This document shows, piece after piece, positions 48,061-61,500 of a DNA stretch of 64,000 nucleotides. The DNA comes from Cladosporium halotolerans. Lineage: Eukaryota. Made by a program: the position numbers and the translations under genes. The stretch is taken from NCBI RefSeq assembly GCF_011745625.1, contig NW_027191460.1, forward strand, positions 248,001 to 312,000. The letters run 5' to 3'. The notes under the pieces are model-generated. The model worked only from the letters and a program-made list of their open reading frames with translations, searched no databases and was not told the DNA's origin. The stretch's first letter is position 1. Each line of letters opens with the position of its first letter.

Positions 48061-49916
48061 TCAGACATTTGCCGCCTGTGGGAAGTTCATGTTGTAAACC
48101 GCCTCCACGACGAACTGAGCGGTGATGCGCTGGCCGCCGAAGAAACGGCCGTTCAAGCCTTTGATGGCGTTCTCGCCACTCTTGAGCTGGTCAAATTTGA
48201 CATAGACCTCTCCGTCGGTGGAGCCAGGAGCGATGGCAATGTGAACAACCTTGCCGTACTTGTCGTTGCATTCATAGGCAACGTCTTCTTCGAGCTCTTT
48301 ATCCCAGCCGGCTGCTTGAGTACTGAAAAAGGGTCAGCGTAGACAAATGAGGGTGATACAGGACCAAACTTACTCTTGCTCGGTGTAAAGATGTTTAAGC
48401 AGCACACAGCGGCTGGGCTGAGTCTGGTCAACCGGCGCTCTCTGCTGTACGGCCTTAGGTGCCACTTTCGGCTCGGGCTCTTCTGTTCTGGCAAGCTTGC
48501 GCATAAGCGCATCGCGTGAGTAGTTGGAGAAGTTGACACCCGCAACGTCGTTATCGTCGAGGGCACTAGCTCCGCCAGTCTTCTCAGCATCCTTACCGCC
48601 AGCGCGATCGAAGTTCGCGGTACCGCCCGCATGAGCGCCACGGCCGCCCATCCCAGAGAAAGATGAGCCCTGATGCTGCTGCTGCTGTGCCTGAGCTTGT
48701 CCCTGAGGACCGAATTTCTGCAACAAGGATTGAGTAGTCTCAGGCGTGAACTTATCATTGCCGAGTCCGACACGGATCGGGCGTCCGGCAAGCTCGAAAC
48801 CGTTCATCTTCTCAAGTGCTTCTTTAGCTTCATCCGGTTGGTTAAACCTATGTCGGGTTAGCGCGCATCTCTGAAACGGAAGACAAAATCAACGTACTGG
48901 ACAAAGCCGTAGCCTTTGCTGCGCCCCTGCTCTTCCTTCTGCAGCTGGCAAAATTCAAGTGCACCAAATGGCTCGAAGACGGTACGAAGATCGTCCTCGG
49001 TGATTGAGAAGTGGATGTTGCCTACGTAGAGGCGATGGAATGGAATGCCGTTCGAGAGGGTAGCGACGCCCTCGGTGTTACGGGCCTGGCGGTTCTTTTC
49101 TGCTTCGGTGAGCTGGGCAATGATTGGGATGCCAAGAAGTTTCTGTCCCGTAAGCTGCAGTGCCTTTTCGACGGATTCTTCGTTCTTGAACTCAACGTAG
49201 CCAACGCCCTTGGAACGGTTGCTGACACGGTCCTTGACAATCTGAGCCTCTTTGACGGGTCCGACCTGCGCGAAGAATTCCTCAAGCTGGTACGTACGCA
49301 GGCGGGCGGCGAGCTGCTGCACGAACACTGTACGCCTGTCGCGCTCATCGTCGGTTGGCTCTGGAGGAGTACGACGACGCTCGCGGGGTTCACGACGCCG
49401 GTCGTCGCGACGGTCGGAGCGGTCGTCGCGTCTGTCGCGCCTATCACGTCTGTCATCACGCCTGTCGCTCATGCGATCACGGTTGCCTGGACGATAGTAG
49501 CGGTCTTCGTCGTCATTTCCACGGCGGTAATAGTCACCACCGTCACGGGAGCGCTCGTCGCGAGAGCGGTAGGGCCTATCGCGGCGATCGCGAGGGCTGC
49601 GGCTCCTGCGTCTGCTCCGGACACTTCCATTAGCACTGCCTCGGTCACTCTTGTGGTCGTCTTCGCTCAAGCCGTGAGATCCGCCCACGCGGGACTCCTC
49701 ACGCTTGCTTTCGCCCGGTGAGTACCTATCTGCCCCACGCTTTCCGCCGCGCGCGCCACGGTCGCCCGCATCTTTGGAATCGCTGAGGGACACGAAGTCC
49801 GCTTTGTGATCGAGTTTGGTGACTTCGGCCTGTTCGAGGGTTTTCTGCTGGTTCTCGCTCTTTTGCTTCCTCTCCGCGGAGTCGAGGAGCTCTTCGATGC
49901 TCTGGAGGTCCGCCAT
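48061..49916 (-). CDS. Splicing factor RBM39/Rsd1/PAD-1 (RS-like N-terminus, two RRMs, UHM)
   Basis: Exons 49916-48898, 48847-48374 and 48322-48061 (584 aa). [76 protein letters not shown]. Confidence 0.95.
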
Positions 49917-50704
49917 GGTGTTGGTGAGAGTGGTTCAAAGTAGTGTGTGTGAGGGCTCACTTGAGCGTGTCCACGGGGAGTGGAGCGTGTACAGGAGGGC
50001 TAGTCGCGTTCGATTCAAGGTAACGGTCGCAGTCGGGGATGAAATGAGCTGGGAGATCGTGAGATCGCTGCCAGCCGCGCAGATGAACAGGGTGATGTCG
50101 AACGTTAATGTCGCCTGGTGTTAAGCGCAAAGCCTCTGTCTGATGCTTCGTGCCGAGTTGCTGTGCGCGAGCCGCGGTGCAGAGTAGCGATGGGTTAGAA
50201 GTGAAGATGCGCTCGGTCTGGCCGTCAGTCGCGAGCGAACGTCAGTTTTCGCGCTAGCGGGGCGACCGGCGCACGTGCCACTCTTGGCAGAAACGCCTGT
50301 CACTTACAGGCATCCGCGGGAACACTTCCCGAGGCCGCATAGATACGCAAGTCACCTCTATCATCAGATCCCTGGGCTACATGACTCCGGCTGGGGTATG
50401 AATGTTGGCTATGATCCAAGCTGGCAATTGCACGAATACTCGTGTTTAATGGAAGGCCATCGAGCTTTCACATATACAATATACTCAAATTGACCTCCCT
50501 CAAGAAACAACGCTCGACCAAACCAATGCAATCATCGTAAGTTGTACAAAATTCGACCAACTTTCCGTCCATATTGGTTGAGGAATGCCGACACAGTCAT
50601 AGCGTGGTCCACATCAAATCGTTATTGCATCCTAGCAAACAAAACGAGCTCAGCCGTAAAGGTATATCCGGAAGTTTCGCAAGTGCACATTCGGCAATGC
50701 CACC

Positions 50705-52469
50705 TCACCTAGCGGTCTTGAAGATTGGTCTTCTGTCTTCGACCCACTTTTCGTCTTCATGAGCTTCTCGAAGCTTTAAGTCCCGCGCACACTCAGCCTC
50801 GAGCCATCGCTGAAGGTTTGCTAGGATCTTGCGAGCCCTGGCTTCGGGATATCCCAACAAAATGCGACGCTCAGCCTCTCGCCAGTGGAAGTGCTTGTTG
50901 CGTTTGTTCGGCCTGGCCAAGCCAAGATGTGTGCGATAGTGGTCGCACGCGTTGTCGGAGCGACCTATATCCTTTTTGCAGTCTGGCAGCACGCATGGAT
51001 ATAAGCGGACGTCACTGTGTTTGCTCAAATGACGCTTCAGGTGCTCGCTGCGTGCGAATGCACTTGTGCAGCGGACACCCTTCTTCATGTCGATGTGGTC
51101 GCATACGTAGGCCTTCCTCTTCACCGTATGATCGGTGCGGTAGAACTGGCCGTTTTCATCGAACCCGACTGCATCTCCAGCTAGCTGCAAGTCGATCCCG
51201 GTGTTGTTGTGATTCTTCCGTTGTTGAATGCACTGGGTCTTCCGCTGGCGCTTCGACATCTTCCGATTGCCTGATCTGCCTCTGGCCCTAAGGCTTGGTT
51301 TCAATGTTGGACTCATCTCAACCTTTGGTTCGACCAGGACAAACCCGTCGAGGTCAGTGCGGTAATCAAGTTCCGGGCTTGGGGTTCGGATCTCTTCGAA
51401 GGAATGCAGACTGGACGCGAGACTCGTGGACATCTCTTGCGGGCTTGAGCTTGGGCTCTGCAGCATTGTATAGCTTGAGTCCGGATACCCATCATGAGGA
51501 TTCACCAAAGATGGCTCAACAATGCCAGAACACTGGTTGTACGCCGTCGGCAAAGCGTCATGTTGGTAGGCCGAAAGACTTGCCACGCTCTCGGTCATGG
51601 AACATGGCTTGCTGTCATATGTGTGCGGGATCACGCTTTGACACGAAACCATTCCATGACTGATGGGAAACAAGGTAGTCTGGAGACCAGTCGACTGCGG
51701 CATGAAGTCTGCGTTAGACGTTTGGTGATCATGCCATATTCCTTCCTGTTGCTCCATGCCAACATGGTTGCTATAGTCAGGCAGGCCGTTGGGAAGCGTT
51801 GCCTGATCAGGCCATGTGGCATCTTGAATGAGATCACATCCGTTGTGGTTCTCGAGGCTCAGATGTACCATGTCTTGTGAAAGGTTGTGATTGCCCAACG
51901 TCACCGGAAAATCAAGGCTAAGCTGATCCTCCGGAAAATGCTGTATAGCATGCTGTCCGTGGCTTGGGGTGCTACGGACAGGTGTCGTTGGTAATGAGAA
52001 AGCCGTTGACGTGGAAGCAGCGGAATAGGGCATGTCGGGGTAGGACGAGTACGCTAGGGAAGGGCGACGACTTTCGTGAGCAGATTGTGGCGGCGTAAGC
52101 CACCCAGCACATTGCACTGCGCTCGTACTTTTGGCCACGGGTGCTCTTGTATCAATTAATGGCACTGCGACGCCACGAGATTGCCGATTAGGTGTTGATA
52201 CTGCCAACATATCGGAATAAGAAACTGCAAGAATGTAAGCTTTTGGCGAGGTTTATGGAATTATGACATCCAGACGCACAAGACAAAGGGCCTCCTAATG
52301 ATATAAGTCAGAAGCAGGTTATGCTGATAAAGGGTGCAGGTTTCGCAAAAGGTTCAGCACTTCATAATCCGAGGATCGGGAAACCGTGTGGCTTTTCAAC
52401 CTGAGGCTATGATGGGCTGCAAAGCATTCAAAGACCAAGGGGAAGTTGCCACTAACCGTTGGTATACAT
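50705..52469 (-). CDS. Two-finger C2H2 transcription factor with BrlA/Msn2-like recognition helices
   Basis: Main exon 52224-50705 carries CTSAFARSEHLKRHLSKH and CVLPDCKKDIGRSDNACDHYRTH. Two micro-exons (52469-52457, 52294-52280) splice in frame and add MYTNGGPLSFSYSD; total 515 aa. Confidence 0.85.
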
Positions 52470-52474
52470 CTTGA

Positions 52475-52510
52475 CTATCGACGGATCTGATACCGCGATA
52501 TAAAATGCAT
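52475..52510 (-). promoter_or_regulatory. Upstream ORF (MHFISRYQIRR*) ending 5 nt before the predicted C2H2 start
   Basis: ATG 52510 to TAG 52475 lies in the predicted leader exon 52556-52457. Confidence 0.55.
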
Positions 52511-53046
52511 AGACCCCAGGTCAGGGCCAGGGTAGAGGGTGAAGCGCTTCAGACGACTATTGGTATTGGCAATTCAGTCGAGGCCCACATCAGTATGCCA
52601 GGAACGACACGTACCCAAGTTTTACAACACCAAAAACCAGTCAAGACACAAAGCCCAGGAAGTGGCGATCGATTAATCTCCTAACGGCTGTCTGGATTGT
52701 TCTGGCCAGCAAGGGAGCAACAGAGGGGTAGTGTAGGCAGCTACAGCGAACTGCAAAGTGAACAAGATGGTGGTGTGCGATGCAAAGGGACCTTGCAGCG
52801 AAATAAGTATTTGTGCAGCCGCAGCAGGTCAGGCACTCACCTTGCTGTTCGCTGAGTCTGGCGCCAGCGTCCCGCTGTTCTGGATCAAGAAAAGATGGAG
52901 GACTGCCTAATGGGTATCTGCCCTCATAGCGATGTCAGCCCCGAGGAACGCCTCCCATAAGGAATGCAACCATCACTCACCCGCGCCGAACAGCACGCGA
53001 CAACACCCTCACCACCTGAACCAGAACAAAGAGGCAAAACTCTCCG

Positions 53047-53056
53047 ATTTATAAAT
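53047..53056. promoter_or_regulatory. Palindromic TATA box ATTTATAAAT, candidate distal promoter of the C2H2 gene
   Basis: About 70 nt upstream of the first predicted leader donor (52980). Confidence 0.45.
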
Positions 53057-56000
53057 ACGATGAGCCGCGGCACACATTATGGACGTTCTCAGAGACGGGC
53101 ACACCAGGATGCAATTGTTTTGATCTGCTCTTTGAAGCGGTATAGGAATGCTACCTCACCCATACTACGCACCTGCCTGTGCGCGCGCACAGACTGCTGT
53201 GTATCATTGGGGGACTGGGTCACGAATTCATTGGACGTTGCCTGTGAAGACCGCATCTCTGCCAGTCACCAGTCGCTAGATCCTTCCGCAAGCTCCGACG
53301 GCAGATACCAGTGGCTAAAAGGTGCATTTGAGAACTCAACAGTGGTAGAATCACACAAGGTGACCCTGGGAAGATGTTCACTGCTCCATGCCAGACACAC
53401 CAGCTCGATCTGGTCCTCGCTCTGGACATCGCTGGCCTCTTGGCTATAGAGAGACTCTCAAGCGCGTCAAAGCTGCAGAATTCCGCCGATTCCGACGCCG
53501 CCACCCGTCCATCTGCTGCATGTCACACTCTTGCACGCTTCGGTTGCGTGCATACGCGATACCGTCCTGGTCAACTCTCTTGACCTCCATTTTACACGCG
53601 ACATTTTTGACAAGCCAAAATCTACCACGACCAAATACCGACGGAAATGGATTATGGTCGATCGAGACCTCGCTCGTTTGTCTAGACCAGGTATTTGGGG
53701 TGGTCTATGCTGCACCTGCGACGGTGACACAACAGCTTAGCAGACGGCAGGGAACACCGCGGTTCTTCGCGAATTCCTTGCAAACCTCACAAGTCGACCC
53801 GACCCTCTGCGCGCTTTGACGGTATGATCGACAGGTCGCACTGGTGGTGCCTCATGTTGATTACAGCGGGTATCAAAGTCTCTCTCAACATTGCCGGCAT
53901 TTTTGCCTCCGACATTTCCCACCAGCCGGCGCTGGTAGCACTGACGTCCACACCCTCAAGGACGAGGCCGGCGCAGCAGCTGACTCGGTGCCACCTAGCC
54001 ACCGTGAACTGCCCCGATCAGCCTCTGGCCGCAAACTGGCACAACGACTACACCATAACGATTACGAAACGCTGGGTCTCGACCAGCACAGCATCTGCGC
54101 GTTCCTGATCTCCATGCCGTGCCGGACCCAGCGTGCGTCGCCACCCACGCCACCGCGCCGCTGTCCAGACGTTTCATCAAGCCCACATCCTTGTCTCCAA
54201 CACCATCCTCATGCCAGTCGCCAGCCGCTGCCGCGTCGGACTCAGCGGATATGCAGGGACACACCCGCACACGTATACCCGCTTCGCAGGGCTTCGTGCC
54301 GCGTCCTCAACTTGTCCGCTGTCTGGATGCAGTTACGAGCTCAGCCTGTCTTGCAGAAGACCAATGCCGTGTCTCTCTTGTTTTCACGGAAGATCCCAGA
54401 CAGCTTGTCACCAAGCTGGGGTTGACCATCTAGAGTCTTGCAGCCTCGCCGCGCCACCAATCGCCCTTGCACATGCGGCTGTCATTGGTCACGCGAGTCT
54501 ACAATGCGATCCATGCGCTAGACGTCTCTTTGCAACAAGTGTTGCACAAACGAGTCCGGCCTCTTCATCCGTGCCCCTGCGCGAGAGCCCGCGCAAGACG
54601 CACTCCATCGCGGCCCGTTCAGGAACATAGCCAATTCTCCTGCTGCCCGCATTTCGATGCTGCATGCTTGGATCCAGATTGCGGCCTTAGGAAGGTCTAC
54701 GAGGGCTTTTGTGGCACATCCCATCCAGTGGATGCCCATGTTTCCGCCAGGGCGAAGCCTACGTGATGTCAGTCGACCATGAGCTTAGTCCTGAGATCCG
54801 GGTTCTTGTCTTTCTGGTGGCTTTTGAATTGATTCTGCGCTGCCCGTAATTGGCATTCCGGTCCCCACCTTGCTCTGGGTGCGATTTCGATGAACCTGTC
54901 ATTCCGCTCGATCGCTCTGCTCAGACACTTCTCTTCTCGCATCGGAGAGTTATGGAGTCTTAGCCACTCTGTGGATCTGACACATCTTGCACCACAATCG
55001 GTCACCCTGGCGACCTTTTCGTCACTGATACAGCAGCAGCGCCCTCTTTGAGGCTTGCATCTCCGACGGTCATGATATTGCTCAAGCTTACGCTCAAAGA
55101 GTGTATCATCTGCAAGAGCGTTCTAGACACAACACCACAGGAGCTACTACCGCTGCCGTGCAGCTACATGGAGCTGTCGCTGAATCTTGTGGTGCTTGGA
55201 TCGACCAAGCAAAATGTCGTGTTGTTAAGGTCGCAGGAAGCACAGTCCCATGTGTCACACTCGCGGTCGCTGCTAATCTTTCAGTCCAGTCATTGTCAAC
55301 ATCGCGCTCCTCCCAACTCCGACGGGACTCTGTCGACCAATTTCCCACTGACATGTGAACAGCTCCCTCGGATTTTGCATGTGTGGTCCGGTCCACAAGA
55401 TGATACGGTTGTGGAATCTCGTGAGATGGCAGGGAGCGTTGTCCAGCTAGATCACAACGTATACTGCAGCTTGTTTGAGTGGTTGGTCTACGTGGTGAAT
55501 GTTTCACTTCTGCAGGACAGGACGTGAGCGCCCGCGTAGTTAGATGGTTTCCTTCGCCCGTAAACAAGACTCAGTTGGATTCTAGAATTTTCGCTTTCCG
55601 ACGACATCGCTGAAAACGGCCGGAATTGCGGCTTCACAGACCAATGGCGCAAGCGTACCTGCAGGCTACTGCAAGTAATCTCAGCGATTTGCACCCTGCT
55701 GTCAGGTACAATGTACCTCCGCCACCAAGGCATGGACTATATGCCCTATAGGACAGACTGTATAGCGACGGTGGGTCAAAAGGCATGGCAAAGGTACGCA
55801 TTCGACCCGTCGAGCACCAAACCGGCGAAAATCAAAGCATAAGGCGGCCAACGGCACAATAGTCTTTTCTCCGCGCGCCCCAAGGTCTTCTTTTCTGGGG
55901 AAAGTTGGAGATTCTGCTGGGCCGTCCAATGCACGCCACGCCGTTGGAGTCTGTCCGAGAGTATGCCCGCCCCACATGCCGGCTTGTCACGTTTTGGTCT

Positions 56001-56421
56001 CGCCCTTGGCCGCGATCTTCCGCCACGAGCGAGGCCCTTCCGTCATTTTCTCGCGCGTGGCTGCACGACCGCTACATAATAGAGCCTTGCCATCTTCTTC
56101 ACCACTTGCAGCCTAAATACAGTCGTCGTCCACCACCCCGTGCCGGCGTAGCCCAGCCCTCACACCCCGCGTTCCGCCCAATTTCTCGGCACCAAGCGCC
56201 AGACAGGCATCCTCGGCAGCCCCATTCCGTCATCCGTGATCCTGCGAGAGGGGACCCCGGTGCGCTGTACCGCGATCTTCCGCGGTCTTGTGTCTACGCG
56301 CTCAGCATCTGGACTGGCCTCACCTCGTCTGATTCCTCGCTCCGACCAGCATCTGTACATACCTGGACCGGATCCGCACGAATTTCATAGCCTCAATTCT
56401 CCACTCCACATCCACACCGCA

Positions 56422-57223
56422 ATGCCTTTCCGACAACGAGCCAAGGCCTTCTTCCGCCGCCGACGGTCGGGCGACGGCCTCTCCAAAACCGACTCTTCAG
56501 ACTCGCACGAGCGCTGGCCCAGCAATGTCTACAAGCCCGGCGAGCCCATGCCGCGGCCTAAATACCGCCAGCCGCCCAAGAAGGAACACAAGGAGCACTT
56601 GGAGTCCTTCAGCTTCGCCGACGCCTGGCGCCGCAAGAGCTTCCAGAGCCAGTACTCTCCCATGGGCACCCGAGCACCGAGCAGACTGCCCAGCGCGGCG
56701 CCTAGCAGGCGCAGCAGCTGGTACAGCCGCAAGAAGAGCTTTACCTACTCGCGTAGCGGAAGCGTGACGAGCCTTGATACACACAACAGCTCGGCTGAAC
56801 CGAAGCGGATGGCTTCGCAGAAGAGCGCCAAGGTGCTGAGCAGAGGACCATCACAAAAGGACACAAGACGAGAGTACGCTGCACGAGCGACGCGGCTGAG
56901 CACAGAGGTTGAGCAGGAAGGCGACGACGACGTCTTTAATGGTAAGCAGCCACCGACACGCATTTGTAATCAGCATAGAGCAACCACTGACGAAGCATAT
57001 AGTCGGCATGTCCCGCGTACAATCGCACGAACGCAATCCCCTCTCCCGCCAGCGATCGCTGAACCAGAATCCGCACGCAGCAACTCATCTGGGCGTGCCG
57101 CCCAACCAGCGGCTCAGCGGCCAGGCGGATTCCGTCCAGGCGCACGACCACCACCCGTTCACCGAGCAGGAGCTGGCGCTCGCGCTCAAGAAGTCTCACC
57201 TGACTGTTCCGGCGCAAGCATGA
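56422..57223 (+). CDS. Fungal hypothetical basic/S-rich protein
   Basis: Exons 56422-56941 and 57003-57223 (246 aa). Motif VYKPGEPMPRPKYR...EHKEHLESFSF...SQYSPMGTR, which I recognise from Pezizomycotina hypotheticals. Intron GTAAGC...ACTGAC...TAG. Confidence 0.8.
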
Positions 57224-58580
57224 GAGACTGCTCAGAGAGGGCAACATTGTTTATATTCGCACACATGACAGCACATATGGGGAGCGGCGTTATCGGATTC
57301 GTTCGGATATTCACGGGATGCATTTGGGATTGGAAATCTGTTTTATTGACTGTTTGGCGTTCGATGTCACGCCGATATGGATGAAGGCATTCTGGTCATG
57401 CATCCGGGATTTGGGATTTGGTCTGGTTTGAGCGGTCTTTCTGACGGCAACGAAAGGCGTTTTGGCTGTGCATACGGGAATCTGGAGCAACAAGGCTGTG
57501 GATATTGCGGCTGTCCGGATAACAATTCTTTGCACATTATCATGATCAAAATATGAACATACGTCACACACACACACTTTTTTACCCCATGGGTCCGTAC
57601 AGATCTTGATTAATTAACGTGTCTGTCAGTCAACGTGGCTGTGGAGAGGTCCGCTCGGTGTCATGCCGGACGGTCGGGATGCCACTGCCAGTGCCGTGAA
57701 GAGCGCCACACCTAGCACAACCTTGTGAGATTGGTGTATAGTATGAATCTCTTATATGGAATCCACGCTGATTGTCCACATTTCACACCGCCACCGCGCA
57801 ACCACCACACGTAGAACGCCATCACCACCGCCCAGGTATCGCAGACAACCCCGTGCCAGGTTCGCAATCAGCGACCCGCCCATGGCCGGCGATCTCCACG
57901 CAGATCACTGTACGCTGACGGCATTGGCACGTCGCGCACCCTCGTCCAAACATCAACTGCCAGATCACACGGGCGGCGGCCTGAAGCGAGCGCATTGCTT
58001 GATCCAGAAGACCCATGCAGCGCCGCGAGCCTGATCGCCGCTGACACCGTCGATCAATCCACCTCTATTTGAGTATCAGCAGCATCGCACCTACATATCG
58101 CCTCGCGCAGGGAGCATCTGCCTCTCAAAGGCCCCAATCCAGGCCGCCCGCGAGTGGAGCCCGCCGCCGCACCGCGAAGCCGCCGCTGCGCAACGCAACG
58201 CGTCTGGATCAGGCCGTCCGTCTGCCCTCCCCCAGCGGGCGGCGCTAGCAGGCAGGTTTCTGGCGCGCACCGAGCAGCTGCGTCTTGCCATCCCGTGTGT
58301 CGCTGGGGATCTTCTGCAATCTAGCCCCTCACGGCGGCCGCGATGGCGCCACGGGCTGCTGATGCTTGCGTTTGCGTGGGCGGCGCGACGTCATTGATTG
58401 CCCCGCCTCGTTGCTTGCTTTGTGCGGGCTGCGAGAGAGGTCATGGTTGCAAGAGGTATATATGGTGGGGTGCCACCGAGGAATTGTAAGGGTTGAAGCA
58501 TTTTGTTCGATTTGTTATACACGAGACGAGACGAGTTGTACGAGAGACTGAGAAGATACCCTAATACACGATTTTCCAAG

Positions 58581-61500
58581 ATGCAGAAGCTGAAGAAGGT
58601 GTTGTGAGTGTTCGCTTGCGGGATTCACGCAGGCATTGTGTCGGGGCTAATATATCTTTTGCTCTAGTTCGCCGGGTAATGACAAGGATGATGAGCAGAG
58701 TAAGCCTCAGCCCTGTCAAACAAATCAAGCGAGGTCCAGTCTGACGGATTTCCATAGTGTATGGCACTCCGGCGGCTCGCAAAGAGGCCAGCCAAAACGG
58801 CCCAGGCGCTGGATCCGCTGCAAGCCCGACTACCAGCCAAGGCTCACATCCGACCTCTGAGGGAAAGGAGCACGGTATCACTCGGCAGATCCTGAACCCT
58901 GATGGTGCCAAGTATGAAGAGCAGCGCTATGGAACATCCACCACCGCGGGCAGCCAACCGCCCGTGACTAGGCAGGAAGAGGCTGCTTTGGCGGCTCGCA
59001 TGGGAGAGCCGAAGGACGACAATGGCGTCAAGCGACAAGTCTTGTAAGTTACTGCCTCCACCACCAGGCTCTCACGGCCGGGGCTAACACTCCTCGTAAA
59101 GGCACCCCGAGAGCAATAAGCCCGACGAGACTGGCTATGGCGCAACAGGATTCACTGGCAGCGAACACAAGCCCCACGGCACCGATTACGCCACAGGAAC
59201 CTCATCAAAACCAAACGAGCTTGGATATGTGCCGCCATCGAACGAGAAATATGACACAACTGGAGTTGCCCCTGGCACAGCTCTTTCTACCAACGAACGG
59301 ACTGTGGCGCCAGACACCGCTAGCCGCATGAGCGTGAAGTCAGGCGTGCTTGGCTCTTCGGACCAGCGTACGACTGACCGGGCTTTGGGATCTGACGGCA
59401 TCACTGGTCAAGCTGCACCCACTCAGACCGAGTCATCACACTCCGGTCGTAACATGGCTCTCGCTGGCGCAACAGCAGCAGCCGGAGCAGGTGGCGCATA
59501 CGCAGCCACCAGGCCGCACGACCAGGGCGGCACATCTGGTGACCGAGATGTTGAGAATGCAACCTACACTGACCGTTCTTTCCCGCTGGCCGGTGGGACG
59601 ACTACGCATGAGGACGCCGCTCGCCCGCCCTCTTCTACTTACAGCACGCAGGCTGCGGGCCCGTCCTCGACTTCTGCGTACATCGACCCGGCAACTTCTT
59701 CAAGCACCAACACGAAGGACGCTGAAGGCCTCGGCCACGGCTCAGGTACGGCAGCTATCGCCGGCGCAGGAGCGGGAGCTGGAGCAGGCGTGACCAGCGC
59801 AGACGTGGGCGAGCAGCTCTACGCCGACCACTCGAAGCACAGCCACAAGTTCGTTGGCGACCCTTGCGAAGCGGCTCCTCAGGATCCCACGTTTGTTCCC
59901 GGCCCTCACCACACTGTCGCCGCAAACATGCTGGACCCGCACATTCCTGGCGAGTTCCCGAGAGAAGACGGCACTGACCCCCACGGACAAAACCCCCTCC
60001 TCGGCGCTGGACTTCCTCCTCAGCAATCAGAGTCATCCACGACACAAGAGCCCTTCACTGGGAACACATCTGGGACGGCAGCAGAGAGACCTTCGCAAGA
60101 GCACCATTATGCTCGTGACGCCGCTCTGGCAGGAGGTGCGGGAGCTGCTGGCCTGGGTGCATACGCCGCCACTCGCGATCATGGTGATTCGGCTAGGCAG
60201 ACGCAGCCCCAGGACTACTCCAGCACATCGGCTTCTACGCAGCATCCTCAGACTGGCCTCACTCAGCAGACGTCTACGCAGCAGTCTGTAGCCGGCGAAC
60301 CCCTCACCGGGTCTCGCGAACCGGAGAAGGAGCACCATTATGGCCGTGATGCCGCTCTCGCGGGCGGCGCAGGAGCTGCTGGATACGGCGCATACAAGCT
60401 GGCGGATGACCGTGACAGCTCCAGCGCTGCTCCTCAAACCACCGCCCCGCGCGAGAGCACTACCGGCGTCCTGAACGAACCTGTCCGCCGAGACGTCTCC
60501 GACCCCGCCCTCTCCAACGACAAAGACCACCACTACGGCCGCGACGCCGCTCTCACCGGCGGCGCTGGAACCGCTGGATACGGCGCCTACAAGCTCGCCG
60601 ACGACCGCAACGAACCAGCCACCGCCCCTCGCCACACGACCGCCAACACGCTCAACGAGCCCACGCAAAGCACCCTCCCCGACCGCACCGGGTCCCAGCA
60701 GCAGCAAGAGCCCGAAGGCCACCACTACGGCCGCAACGCCGCTCTCGCCGGCGGCGCCGGAGCCGCCGGCTACGGCGCCTACGAGCTCTCCAAAGACCGC
60801 GAGCAGCCATCTACCTCCTCGCCCTCTAATAACGCCATGAGCCCCACCCAGAGCAGCACCACGACCACAACAACCACAACCACAACCTCCTCCTCATCGC
60901 CCCGCCACAAATCCGCCCTGCTCAACAAACTCGACCCCCGCGTCGACTCCTCCGCTCTCAAGCAAGAGCAAGAGCAACAGCAACCCTCCGAGCGCGAAAG
61001 CCACACCGGCCGCAACGCCGCCCTCGGCGCCGGCGCCGCAGGCGCCGCAGGCGCAGGCTACGCCGCCTACTCCTCCAACGACGACCCGACCGGTCCCGCC
61101 TCGAAGACCATCGGCCCGCACAGCAGCAACGCGGCCAACATCGTCGACCCCCGCGTCCAGCCCGAGCCCGAGAAGATGAAAGAGCACTCGACGGCCGGGC
61201 CGTGGCAGAGCGATTCGCTGAACAAGCTCGACCCCAAGGTGCAGTCTGACCCGGCGAAGGCGGACGTCAAGCAGCACGGGTACGCGAGCGGGGTGCCGGC
61301 GCAGCAGACGAGGTCCCGCGAGGATGAGGAGAAAGAGCACCACTATGGCCGCGACGCGGCGGCGGTTGGTGGAGCGGGGGCCGCGGCGTATGGCGGGAAG
61401 CAGGTTTATGACCAGCACGAGGAGGAGAAGTTGGCGAGGGAGCAGGCGAAGGAGCAGGAGAGGTTGGCTAAGGAGCAGGAGAAGCAGGCGAAGCACGACG

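Noticed and set aside
53100..56400. Possible gene or transposon remnant between the C2H2 promoter and the 56422 gene
   Set aside because: No transposase, RT or other domain, no terminal repeats and no coherent exon chain; treated as divergent promoter space.
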